Source of the DNA: an uncultured Oscillospiraceae bacterium | Lineage (GTDB): Bacteria; Bacillota; Clostridia; Oscillospirales; Ruminococcaceae | Direction: 5' to 3' | Assembly: GCA_904384225.1 (NCBI GenBank) | Contig: CAJFJV010000005.1 | Span: 6,466-70,465, forward strand | Length of the DNA: 64,000 bases | Part shown: positions 1-9,005 of the stretch, piece by piece | Position numbering within the stretch: the first letter of the stretch is position 1 | Layout: the number at the start of each line of letters is the position of its first letter | Position numbers and translations under genes: made by a program | The notes under the pieces: model-generated | The model's database searches: none | Seen by the model: only the letters and a program-made list of their open reading frames with translations | Told to the model about the DNA's origin: nothing

Positions 1-53
1 TTTGCAGCCGACTTCTTCAAATTTGCACTGTTGAGCGTCTTAATATGTTTCAT
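1..53 (-). CDS. scfA: SCIFF (six-Cys-in-forty-five) ranthipeptide precursor, 5' part only; runs off the window
   Basis: Reverse complement of 1-53 reads MKHIKTLNSANLKKSAA(K), the characteristic SCIFF leader. SD GAAGGAG at 64-70. Context yajC-TIGR04086-scfA is typical. Not in the ORF track. Confidence 0.88.
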   Translation of the reverse strand, partial: MKHIKTLNSANLKKSAA

Positions 54-86
54 TGCATTTTCGCTCCTTCACAATAATTTATTTTA

Positions 87-114
87 TCATATCATACCGT
101 AACAAAAAAATCAA
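87..114 (-). promoter_or_regulatory. sigma-A-like promoter for scfA
   Basis: TTGATT-17 nt-TATGAT with TG extension on the minus strand. Confidence 0.5.
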
Positions 115-121
115 TATCCGC

Positions 122-526
122 TCAGTATTTGATGCGCCGTTGTTTGCGGTTTACTCCGAGAATGCCGCCTATGATACCAAATAAAATAGATCCCGCCGCT
201 TTTAACAGTAAAAATAAGGATGTATCGATCTTCGAAAAAACAGTTCCAATCAAAAACATGATAACCGTTAAGATGACCCCGCATATAAGACCTATTAGCA
301 AGCCCTTTTGCTTTACAATCATCGAAGCAAAAAAGCCGCTGGCAAAGGCGCCAAAACAAAAAGCGATAGCCGAAAGCCAATCTGCGGCCGCAAGCGGCAA
401 GCCCGCTAAAGTCATAACAAGTGCAAAAAGCAGCAATAGCAAAACGGTAACCGTCTCTCCTGCTAAAACACCCCAAAGTACCCCTTTTAGTATATGATGC
501 AAATCGGTCTTTTTATCTGACGGCAT
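122..526 (-). CDS. TIGR04086-family 4-TM membrane protein
   Basis: 134 aa, four hydrophobic helices, 'KGLLIG' and C-terminal 'GGILGVN' pattern; lies between yajC and scfA. Confidence 0.8.
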   Translation of the reverse strand: MPSDKKTDLHHILKGVLWGVLAGETVTVLLLLLFALVMTLAGLPLAAADWLSAIAFCFGAFASGFFASMIVKQKGLLIGLICGVILTVIMFLIGTVFSKIDTSLFLLLKAAGSILFGIIGGILGVNRKQRRIKY

Positions 527-572
527 GCTGAAAAAGCCTCCTTCATTTTATCATATTTCTTTGTAACGTTGC

Positions 573-602
573 AAAATCCTGTACCGCTCAAGCGGTACAG
601 GA
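573..602 (-). terminator. Intrinsic terminator after yajC
   Basis: 11-bp stem TCCTGTACCGC/GCGGTACAGGA, then TTTT on the minus strand. Confidence 0.7.
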
Positions 603-642
603 CCTGCCCTGACATATGATAAGTATGCAGACTATAGCAGCT

Positions 643-936
643 TTATGCCGCCGTATCGTCGTGAACCGTCAAATTCTCTTGGATTGCCCATCTTTTGATC
701 CGGATTTTGCTGCGGTCTCCCCCCGTCTCAACAACAACCGTATCTTCTTTAATGCTTACAACTAAGCCCACAACACCGCCGACTGTAACGATTTCATCGC
801 CCACTTGAAGATTGTTTCTCATCCTCTGTGTTTCTTTATCCCGTTTACGTTGTGGACGAATCAAAACGAAATAGAACACGACGATTAACAGAACAAATGG
901 TAAAATTTGAACTGCAATTGCTAAAAATTGATCCAT
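643..936 (-). CDS. yajC: Preprotein translocase subunit YajC
   Basis: N-terminal TM helix, FYFVLIRPQRKR, LQVGDEIVTVGG motif. Confidence 0.95.
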   Translation of the reverse strand: MDQFLAIAVQILPFVLLIVVFYFVLIRPQRKRDKETQRMRNNLQVGDEIVTVGGVVGLVVSIKEDTVVVETGGDRSKIRIKRWAIQENLTVHDDTAA

Positions 937-1052
937 GGTTTACATCCTATCTGCCGATTTCCGGCCTAAAATATTTTCTGTTCCCACCGGCATCTAAAAC
1001 AGTCCGGAAAAGGTGCAAGATCAGGCGTCTGCCTGATAAACAGATCTTTTAT

Positions 1053-1102
1053 AGTATAACATGACAAAAACCTATACGCAAGCCTATTACAAAATCTTAA
1101 CA
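1053..1102 (-). promoter_or_regulatory. yajC promoter with an upstream OmpR/WalR-type direct repeat
   Basis: TTGCGT-17-TATACT (1081-1053); TGTTAA-N5-TGTAAT at 1102-1086. Confidence 0.6.
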
Positions 1103-1122
1103 AATCAACACCCTGTTGTATC

Positions 1123-2067
1123 TTATTTTTCTGCAATAGCTTTTCTTACTGTTTCTGCAATATGCTCAGCGCTCAATCCGTAAATTTTAAGAAGCTCTGC
1201 CGCAGGACCGGATTTACCAAATACATCATTTACTCCAATTTTCACTACACGAACCGGACACTTTTCAGCGCACACTTCACTCACAGCACTTCCAAACCCG
1301 CCTATGACACTATGCTCTTCTGCTGTTATAAGCAAGCCGGTCTCTTTGGCCGCCTTTAAAATAATTTCTTCATCAATCGGTTTAATTGTATGGATATTGA
1401 CAACACGTACCGAAAGTCCTTCTTTGTTTAACATATCTGCCGCTTCCAAAGCCATAGAAACCATCAATCCAGTTGCCAGAATAGTGGCGTCTTTTCCTTC
1501 TCTTAGCTGAATTCCTTTTCCTATTTCAAAATGATAATCCGGGGTATCGTTAATTACAGGAACAGCGAGACGGCCAAAACGTACATATGCCGGTGCATCA
1601 TAATGTAAGAGTGCTTTCACAACCGCTTTGGCTTCAATATCATCAGAGGGATTTAATACCGTCATCCCCGGTATAGTACGCATCAATGCCAAATCTTCAC
1701 AGCACTGATGGGTTGCGCCGTCTTCTCCCACTGAAATTCCGGCATGTGTTGCACAAATTTTAACCGGCAGGTGCGGATAACCAACTGAATTACGAATAAT
1801 TTCAAATGCACGTCCCGCTGCAAACATGGCAAAAGAACTGGCAAATACTTTTTTTCCAGCAGCTGCAAGCCCTGCAGCAACGCCAATCATATTGCACTCG
1901 GCAATGCCACAGTCTATAAACCTCTCCGGAAACGCCTTTTTAAACATACCTGTTTTTGTTGCTGCTGCAAGATCGGCGTCTAAAACGACAACATCAGGGT
2001 CAATCGCTGCGTATTCTACAAGAGCCGCACCATAACTTTCTCGGGTTGCAATTTTTTTCTCGCTCAT
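1123..2067 (-). CDS. Transketolase C-terminal subunit
   Basis: ATRESYG, GIAECNM, GEDGATHQ, IHTIKPID motifs; start moved to MSEKK. Confidence 0.93.
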   Translation of the reverse strand: MSEKKIATRESYGAALVEYAAIDPDVVVLDADLAAATKTGMFKKAFPERFIDCGIAECNMIGVAAGLAAAGKKVFASSFAMFAAGRAFEIIRNSVGYPHLPVKICATHAGISVGEDGATHQCCEDLALMRTIPGMTVLNPSDDIEAKAVVKALLHYDAPAYVRFGRLAVPVINDTPDYHFEIGKGIQLREGKDATILATGLMVSMALEAADMLNKEGLSVRVVNIHTIKPIDEEIILKAAKETGLLITAEEHSVIGGFGSAVSEVCAEKCPVRVVKIGVNDVFGKSGPAAELLKIYGLSAEHIAETVRKAIAEK

Positions 2068-2074
2068 ACTTACC

Positions 2075-2917
2075 TTACGCCTCCAATTCATTCAGCACTG
2101 CTGTCAATTCTGCCACAGCAGCGGCATGTTGCTCATCGTTCGGCGCACTTCCATGCCAAGAAACATTGTTCTCCATAAAAGAAACGCCTTTCCCCTTGAC
2201 AGACTTCTGCACAATGACAGTTGGTTTACCTGCACATGCTTTTGCTTTTGAAAACGCATCGGCAATTTGCTCAAAATCATGCGCGTCTATTACTATCACA
2301 TTCCAGCCGAATGCTTCAAATTTTTCTGGAATTGGCTCCGGAGAACAAACCTCCGATAATTTGCCGTCAATTTGCAGGCCGTTATAGTCCACTACTGCTG
2401 TTAAGTTATCCAGATGATACTGGTTGGCAAACATAGCGGCTTCCCAAACCATACCTTCTTCTATTTCTCCATCACCCAAAATAGTATAGACGCGATAGTC
2501 TTTTTTTGAAAGTTTAGCGGCCAAAGCCATACCGCAAGCTGCAGAAATTCCCTGCCCCAACGAGCCGGTACTCATATCAACGCCAGGCGTCCCCTTTTTG
2601 TCTGGATGCCCCTGTAGATAAGAGCCCACATGACGAAGCGTCAAAAGGTCTTCTGTAGGAAAATATCCCTCATTGGCAAGAACAGCATATAAAGCCGGTG
2701 CACAATGACCCTTTGACAAAACAAAGCGATCTCGGTCTTCCCAATCTGGATTTTCAGGATCGTGACGCATAACACAGTGGTACAAATACGTCAAAGTATC
2801 TGCAATTGACAACGAACCGCCCGGATGGCCAGATTTTGCACTGTGGACTGCATTGACAATCCCAATTCGCGCCTTACAGGCAAGGACCTGAAGCTCTTTT
2901 AATTTTGTTTGATCCAT
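2075..2917 (-). CDS. Transketolase N-terminal (TPP-binding) subunit
   Basis: SGHPGGSLS, DRFVLSKGH, STGSLGQG, GDGE motifs; SD AGGAGG before ATG at 2917. Confidence 0.93.
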   Translation of the reverse strand: MDQTKLKELQVLACKARIGIVNAVHSAKSGHPGGSLSIADTLTYLYHCVMRHDPENPDWEDRDRFVLSKGHCAPALYAVLANEGYFPTEDLLTLRHVGSYLQGHPDKKGTPGVDMSTGSLGQGISAACGMALAAKLSKKDYRVYTILGDGEIEEGMVWEAAMFANQYHLDNLTAVVDYNGLQIDGKLSEVCSPEPIPEKFEAFGWNVIVIDAHDFEQIADAFSKAKACAGKPTVIVQKSVKGKGVSFMENNVSWHGSAPNDEQHAAAVAELTAVLNELEA

Positions 2918-2975
2918 ATTAATTCCTCCTGTATTTCTACTTACGGATAATAGAATAAGGCAGGCAGCTATCCGC

Positions 2976-3905
2976 TTATTTTTCTTCATCCTGCAATGTC
3001 CTTAAAAAATCGGTAAAATAAGCAGGTAATGTACTGTCAAAATAAAGATTTCTCCCCGTGATAGGATGTACAAAACCGATCGTTTTCGCATGTAGACACT
3101 GCCCATTCAATTGTGAGATGGCTTTACGCGGACCATAAACCGCATCCCCAGCCAGAGGATGGCCAATATAAGAGAGATGTACACGTATCTGATGCGTACG
3201 TCCTGTTTCCAGACGACATCTAACATGAGTAAATCCCCGATAGCGATGCAATACGGTACAATGCGTTATGGCATCGCGGGCATTCTGATCATAGGATACA
3301 CACATTTTTTTTCGATCTGTTTTGCTTCGTGCAATAGGCAAGTGGATAACTTGCTCATCCTTCTTGATATTTCCATAAGCAACCGCTTCGTACTCTCTCA
3401 GAAAATCATGCTCCTGAATTTGCTGTGCTAACCCGCGATGTGCAGCATCACTTTTCGCAACAATCAATAATCCGCTGGTGTCTTTATCAATGCGATGTAC
3501 AATCCCCGGCCGAATAATACCGTTAATACCGGAGAGGGAATCTCCGCAATGATAAAGCAAAGCATTGACCAGCGTATGCGAAAAATTACCGGCTGCTGGA
3601 TGCACGACCATCCCCTTCGGCTTATTGACTACCAAAAGATCATCGTCTTCATATACAATATCCAGTGGTATATTTTCTGCATCTATCGTAAGCGGCTCTG
3701 GTTCAGGAATGGTTATAACGATTCGGTCACCTGATTTTATTTTCTCATTTTTTTTGCAAGGCTGATTATTCCGGATCACCAGTTCCTGTTCTATCAATTT
3801 TTGTAACGCCGAACGGGAAAGGGAAGGAAATATCTGCACAAGATAAGCATCTGCCCGTATACCGGAAAATTCTTTTGAAACCTCCAAAGTATATCTATTC
3901 GTCAT
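2976..3905 (-). CDS. rluD: RluA/RluD-family pseudouridine synthase
   Basis: S4 domain, NKPKGMVVHP, HRIDKDTSG, LETGRTHQIRVH. Confidence 0.9.
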   Translation of the reverse strand: MTNRYTLEVSKEFSGIRADAYLVQIFPSLSRSALQKLIEQELVIRNNQPCKKNEKIKSGDRIVITIPEPEPLTIDAENIPLDIVYEDDDLLVVNKPKGMVVHPAAGNFSHTLVNALLYHCGDSLSGINGIIRPGIVHRIDKDTSGLLIVAKSDAAHRGLAQQIQEHDFLREYEAVAYGNIKKDEQVIHLPIARSKTDRKKMCVSYDQNARDAITHCTVLHRYRGFTHVRCRLETGRTHQIRVHLSYIGHPLAGDAVYGPRKAISQLNGQCLHAKTIGFVHPITGRNLYFDSTLPAYFTDFLRTLQDEEK

Positions 3906-4413
3906 GCTCTTCCGCTTCCTGATTGATTACTTTGCTCTTTTTGGGCTTGTCTTTATCCATAACAAACAAAACAAAAATAAACAAAAGCACCGTACCAATA
4001 ACAACACAGCAATCAGCAAAATTAAAAACAGCAAAATTTATCAATCGAAAATCTAAAAAATCCACAACATAGTGCCGGAATATTCGGTCAATTAGATTGC
4101 CGATACCACCGCCTAAGAACAAGGTTACCGCTGTTAGTAAAAGCGGATGATGGAATTTCCCCAATATCAGCAAAACTACCAGCGCCGCCATTACAGCCGC
4201 TGTTAAGATAATCAGGAAAACGCCTTTTCCATCCAAGATACCAAATGCGGCTCCTCTATTCTCAACATAGGTAAGATGGAATACGCCTTCTATAAGCGGA
4301 AAGGTTGTAATATCTGAAAGATAGCGGATGGCTAACCATTTAAACAATTGGTCAAGGCCAACAAGACAAAATGCACCACAAAGCACTAAAATCTTTGAAC
4401 GTAACGTTTTCAC
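3895..4413 (-). CDS. lspA: Lipoprotein signal peptidase II
   Basis: NRGAAFG, GGIGNLIDR, VVDF, FNFAD motifs; likely GTG start at 4413 after GGAGGA. Confidence 0.93.
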   Translation of the reverse strand: MKTLRSKILVLCGAFCLVGLDQLFKWLAIRYLSDITTFPLIEGVFHLTYVENRGAAFGILDGKGVFLIILTAAVMAALVVLLILGKFHHPLLLTAVTLFLGGGIGNLIDRIFRHYVVDFLDFRLINFAVFNFADCCVVIGTVLLFIFVLFVMDKDKPKKSKVINQEAEEHDE

Positions 4414-4428
4414 ATTGTCCTCCAGAAC

Positions 4429-4469
4429 CATAATAGAATTGACGTTTGAAAAACGCCAATTCTATTATG
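4429..4469 (-). other. Long intergenic stem-loop between ileS and lspA, no U-tract
   Basis: 19-bp stem with one G-U pair on the minus strand and a 3-nt loop. Confidence 0.65.
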
Positions 4470-4510
4470 CAAGTTTATTTTTAATAAAAATATTAAAAAG
4501 ATAAATATAT

Positions 4511-7297
4511 TTATCCTTCAAGGACAGAAGCGCAGCGTTCGCATAATGTATCGTGCTCATGATGGGATCCTACTGTTTTACTGTAGGCCCAACAGCGATC
4601 ACACTTTTTACCTTCTGCTTTTGTTACGGTAATGCGAAGGCCTTCTGTTTCGCCTTCTACTTCTCCATCCGAGCCCTTCATGACCTCAACCTGTGAACAA
4701 ATGCAAATCTCTGCCAGCTGCTCTTCCATTCCTTTCAGAGAGCCGTACAAAGCATCGTCACAGTATAGCGTAACTTTTGCTTCAAGGGATTTTCCAATTA
4801 AATTCTCAGCACGCTTCCGTTCCAATGCCTTCTGCACATCATCCCGAACCGCATATGCAAGATCCCATTTTTTATGGAACGCCTCATCTACCTGGATCGG
4901 CATCTCAGAATACATTTCATTAAAAAGTACAGATTCCGGATCATCACTGGCCGTATGCGGCATATAACTCCAGATTTCCTCTGCGGTAAAGGCAAGGATC
5001 GGCGCAAGCATACGGGTCAATGCATCTAAAATACGATAGAGTGCCGTCTGTGCAGCGCGGCGTTTCACACCATTGCTTTTTTCACAATACAAGCGGTCTT
5101 TTATGATGTCTAAATAAAAATTGGACATATCGACTACACAGAAATTATGAACAGCATGATACACAACATGGAATTCCATTGCCTCATATGCTTCATTGAC
5201 CTTATGAATCAATTCATTGAGCTTATAAAGGGCCAACCGGTCAAGTTCGAGCAAATCCTTATCTTCTACCATATCGATATCCGGATTAAAATCATACAAA
5301 TTGCCCAGCATGAATTTAGCTGTATTCCGAATTTTACGGTAAGCATCAGAAAGCTGCTTTAAAATCTCAGGAGAAATTCGAATATCGGCATGATAATCGG
5401 AAGAGGCAACCCAAAGACGCAGAATATCCGCACCGTTTTTTTTGATAATGTCTTCCGGGGCAATCCCATTCCCCAGTGATTTATGCATTTGGCGGCCCAT
5501 ACCATCGACAACCCAGCCGTGTGTACAAACCGCTTTATACGGCGCTCTTCCTTTCCATGCGACTGCAGTCAACAGAGATGATTGAAACCATCCGCGGTAT
5601 TGGTCGGCGCCCTCCAAATAAAGGTCTGCCGGCCACTGCAATTCCGGCCTCTCCGCCAAAACCGCAGCTTGAGAAACACCGCTGTCAAACCAGACATCCA
5701 TAATATCTGTTTCTTTCGTAAAGGTATGGCAACCGCATTCGCACGAAACCTCTGATGGGATAAATTCAGACGGCTCTTTGATATACCATGCATCGGCGCC
5801 TTCCTTACGGAACAAGTCGGCGATTGCTTTGATGGTCATATCATTGACAATCGGTTTGCCGCACTCTTTACAATAAATAATAGGAATCGGTACTCCCCAT
5901 GTACGCTGACGGGAAATACACCAATCGCTTCGGTCACGTATCATCCCTTCAATTCGCTTCTCGCCCCACTCTGGGATCCACTTGATTTTGGGCAGTTCGC
6001 GAATGGCTTCCTCTTTAAAACCGTCAATGGAACAAAACCACTGTTCTGTAGCACGGAAGAGAACGGGATTCTTACATCTCCAGCAGTGCGGATATTGGTG
6101 GATAATCTTCTCAAGTGCAAACAGATGTCCCGTTTCCTCCAGTTTTTTTGCGATAGCCTTGTTTGCCTCATCCGTCGACAATCCCGCAAATTCACCGGCT
6201 TCTTTCGTCAGATGCCCTGTCGCATCCACCGGTACAATGATCGGGATATCTTTATAATTCTTGCAAACCTCAAAGTCCTCAACACCGTGTCCTGGCGCAG
6301 TATGGACGCATCCGGTTCCGCTTTCCAGCGTGACATGATCGCCGTAAATTACCAACGATTCACGGTCTAAAAACGGATGCTTTGTTTTCATATATTCAAG
6401 CTCGCATCCTTTAAAAGAGCCAATCGTTTCATATTCTTCAATCTGTGCCGCTTTCATTGTATTTGCTACAAGCTCTTTGGCCATAACATAATACTCGTCA
6501 TTGGCACACACCAACGTATATTCGTACTCCGGACCTAAGCAAATCGCTACATTTCCCGGAAGAGTCCATGTGGTCGTTGTCCAAATGACAAAATACACCC
6601 GTTTGGGATCAATTCCCATACCAGAAAAGATACCTTTATCATCGGTAACCTGAAATTTCACATAAATCGAATGACATGGATCTTCTGCATACTCAATCTC
6701 AGCTTCTGCAAGTGCAGTGCCACACTCTGTACACCAATAAACAGGCTTAAGTCCTTTATAAATAAAGTTACGCTTCGCCATTTCACCAAACACTTCAACC
6801 TGTTTGGCTTCGTATTCCGGCTTCAGCGTCAAATAAGGATCATCGAAATCCCCCAATACGCCAAGCCGTTTAAATTGTGCCTTTTGATTTTCGACAAACG
6901 AAAGCGCAAACTCACGGCAAATCTTACGCAAAGATACCGAATCAATTGACGTAGGGTCAACTCCGTCTTTTTTAAGAGCTTTCAATTCAATCGGCAGGCC
7001 GTGTGTATCCCATCCTGGGATATAAGGAGCTTGAAAGCCACTCATATTTTTATATTTTACAACCATATCCTTAAGCACCTTATTCAGTGCAGTCCCCAAA
7101 TGGATATCGCCGTTCGCATAGGGAGGGCCGTCATGTAAAATATATTTCGGCTTACCTTCATTTTTCTTCATTAATTTTTGATAACGCTGGTGCGCGTCCC
7201 AATCAGCCAGCATTCCAGGTTCTTTTGCAGGCAAATTGCCTCTCATAGGGAAATCTGTTTGCGGAAGATTCAGTGTATTGTTGTAATCCTTTGCCAT
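4511..7297 (-). CDS. ileS: Isoleucine-tRNA ligase (type 1)
   Basis: HDGPPYANG, HLGT (HIGH), QMHKS (KMSKS-like), WCISRQR, C-terminal CDRCW..CERC zinc finger. Confidence 0.97.
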   Translation of the reverse strand: MAKDYNNTLNLPQTDFPMRGNLPAKEPGMLADWDAHQRYQKLMKKNEGKPKYILHDGPPYANGDIHLGTALNKVLKDMVVKYKNMSGFQAPYIPGWDTHGLPIELKALKKDGVDPTSIDSVSLRKICREFALSFVENQKAQFKRLGVLGDFDDPYLTLKPEYEAKQVEVFGEMAKRNFIYKGLKPVYWCTECGTALAEAEIEYAEDPCHSIYVKFQVTDDKGIFSGMGIDPKRVYFVIWTTTTWTLPGNVAICLGPEYEYTLVCANDEYYVMAKELVANTMKAAQIEEYETIGSFKGCELEYMKTKHPFLDRESLVIYGDHVTLESGTGCVHTAPGHGVEDFEVCKNYKDIPIIVPVDATGHLTKEAGEFAGLSTDEANKAIAKKLEETGHLFALEKIIHQYPHCWRCKNPVLFRATEQWFCSIDGFKEEAIRELPKIKWIPEWGEKRIEGMIRDRSDWCISRQRTWGVPIPIIYCKECGKPIVNDMTIKAIADLFRKEGADAWYIKEPSEFIPSEVSCECGCHTFTKETDIMDVWFDSGVSQAAVLAERPELQWPADLYLEGADQYRGWFQSSLLTAVAWKGRAPYKAVCTHGWVVDGMGRQMHKSLGNGIAPEDIIKKNGADILRLWVASSDYHADIRISPEILKQLSDAYRKIRNTAKFMLGNLYDFNPDIDMVEDKDLLELDRLALYKLNELIHKVNEAYEAMEFHVVYHAVHNFCVVDMSNFYLDIIKDRLYCEKSNGVKRRAAQTALYRILDALTRMLAPILAFTAEEIWSYMPHTASDDPESVLFNEMYSEMPIQVDEAFHKKWDLAYAVRDDVQKALERKRAENLIGKSLEAKVTLYCDDALYGSLKGMEEQLAEICICSQVEVMKGSDGEVEGETEGLRITVTKAEGKKCDRCWAYSKTVGSHHEHDTLCERCASVLEG

Positions 7298-7325
7298 GAA
7301 ACGTTACTCTCCTTGAAGCCTTTGA

Positions 7326-8231
7326 TTATTTATGATCGGAATCGTTAAATCCGCCAAAACGAAGTTCGCCGAATTTTTCCATATAATTCGGACGTGTCTG
7401 CTTTTCCTCATGCGCTTCTTCCTGTTCATTTAAACGCGCAAAGGGGATGGTTGCTGAAGCTTTTGTTTCGGATTCCTGTTCCTGCCTACTTTCTAAAATC
7501 GGACCTGGCTCCTCTTCAGCTTTCTCTGTCATATCAGCTGCTTCCGCCAATGTCGTTTGCATCGGATCTGCCTCTTCACCAGAATCCGCTTCTGCTGCAT
7601 CCTTCGGCGCTGCATCCAAATTCTCCGGCATTTTTTCTGCCGCTTCCGAAGCAAAAGGAATCGCCTGTTCTTTTTCTAACGTTTCTTCAGATTCCTTCTC
7701 TTGATCCGTCTTTTGCTCCTCAATGCTGGGAAGCGCCATCACCATAGCGATATGGCTGCGGTACTGCTGCATAATATTTGCTTTGAATTTTGATATTTCT
7801 TTTTTTAACATCTCATAGCTGCGCTGTTCTGCATCGCATTCACGTTTGAGTGCGTTTAAGTCAGCTGTCGCCCGCTGAAGAGATTCTTTTGTTATCGCTT
7901 CCACTTTTGCTTTCGCTTGCGCCATCATCTCATCAGCTGATGCCTGTGCTTCCTCTGCAAGTGCCTGTGCCTTCGCCTTTGCTTCATTTACAATAGAAGA
8001 GCCTAGTTTCTGTGCGCCAAGCAGCGCCTCTCGGATATTCTCCTCATCGGAGCGGTATTCTTCCACTTTATCGGCAAGTACTTTTAGCTTATATGTCAGA
8101 TCTTCAATTTTTTCATTTTGCTCATCTACATACTCTGCAATGGTATGCAAATAGGCATCTACTTGATCCGCACGGTATCCGCGCATACCCGCTTTTTCAA
8201 ACGCAGCATTCTGAATATCTTTTCCCGTCAT
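7326..8231 (-). CDS. divIVA: DivIVA-domain protein with long acidic C-terminal tail
   Basis: N-terminal F..GMRGY...QVDAYL DivIVA motif, coiled coil, position after ylmH. Confidence 0.85.
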   Translation of the reverse strand: MTGKDIQNAAFEKAGMRGYRADQVDAYLHTIAEYVDEQNEKIEDLTYKLKVLADKVEEYRSDEENIREALLGAQKLGSSIVNEAKAKAQALAEEAQASADEMMAQAKAKVEAITKESLQRATADLNALKRECDAEQRSYEMLKKEISKFKANIMQQYRSHIAMVMALPSIEEQKTDQEKESEETLEKEQAIPFASEAAEKMPENLDAAPKDAAEADSGEEADPMQTTLAEAADMTEKAEEEPGPILESRQEQESETKASATIPFARLNEQEEAHEEKQTRPNYMEKFGELRFGGFNDSDHK

Positions 8232-8244
8232 ACCCTGTTCCTTC

Positions 8245-9000
8245 CTATACAAGTTTTTGAATTGTAATAGACAGCCGGTCTTTTTTTGTCGTCCGGATCT
8301 GTTTTCCTAAATAGCATTTACCAAAACCTCTGATTACGATTTGGTCTCCCGGTGCAACTTGTTTAGCGGTTTGAAGCACAGGGATACGGTTTACCGCGAC
8401 TAAGCCGGCGTTAATCAACGCACAGGCATGCGTGCGGCTTTTCCCAATAATAAAAGCCGTCACACAATCTAAGCGCAAAGAGGCAACTGTCCCGCTCCGC
8501 TCTTCATATGAAACATTCCGCACAAGCTCTTCAACAGTCGGCAATGCTATAGAAACGGGAACTCTTCCTATACGAAAAAGCTGTGAACGTACAAATTCAC
8601 TTATCTCTTCCGTTACAAAAAAGACTGCCGCTGTCTCTTTTATCCATATATCGCCCACAGACGCACGCTTTAACCCAAGCCCGATCAAAGTCCCAAGACA
8701 GTCCCGATGCGTAAAAGATTCCTTTGAAGAGTGTGCTGCAAGCGAAACAATCGGAAATAAAGCAGGATCCGGCTCCATACCAGAAGGAAACACTCCCAGC
8801 ATCAGCCGGTCACAGTTTTCCGCGCCTCCATAAAAAAGATAATTGGAACATGAAAGCCGAAAAAGAGTCTGTTCTGCGAGCAGCTGCTGCCGCTCATCTA
8901 AAAAAGCAGAAAACCGCGGATAGTACAAATTTTCTGCCGACTGCACCATGTTTTGTATCTTCGATCGAAGATAATCGTCCTGTTTGGCGGTATCTTCCAT
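8245..9000 (-). CDS. ylmH: YlmH-like S4-domain RNA-binding protein
   Basis: HRDCLGTLIGLG, SLRLD, GDQIVIRGFGK; ylm cluster context. Confidence 0.85.
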   Translation of the reverse strand: MEDTAKQDDYLRSKIQNMVQSAENLYYPRFSAFLDERQQLLAEQTLFRLSCSNYLFYGGAENCDRLMLGVFPSGMEPDPALFPIVSLAAHSSKESFTHRDCLGTLIGLGLKRASVGDIWIKETAAVFFVTEEISEFVRSQLFRIGRVPVSIALPTVEELVRNVSYEERSGTVASLRLDCVTAFIIGKSRTHACALINAGLVAVNRIPVLQTAKQVAPGDQIVIRGFGKCYLGKQIRTTKKDRLSITIQKLV

Positions 9001-9005
9001 ATCAA

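Noticed and set aside
129-497. Many 60-200 aa antisense or alternate-frame ORFs in the track (e.g. 129-497, 19355-19957, 33930-34547, 36246-36773, 58974-59498)
   Set aside because: They overlap well-supported conserved genes and have no SD or recognisable motifs; these are shadow ORFs
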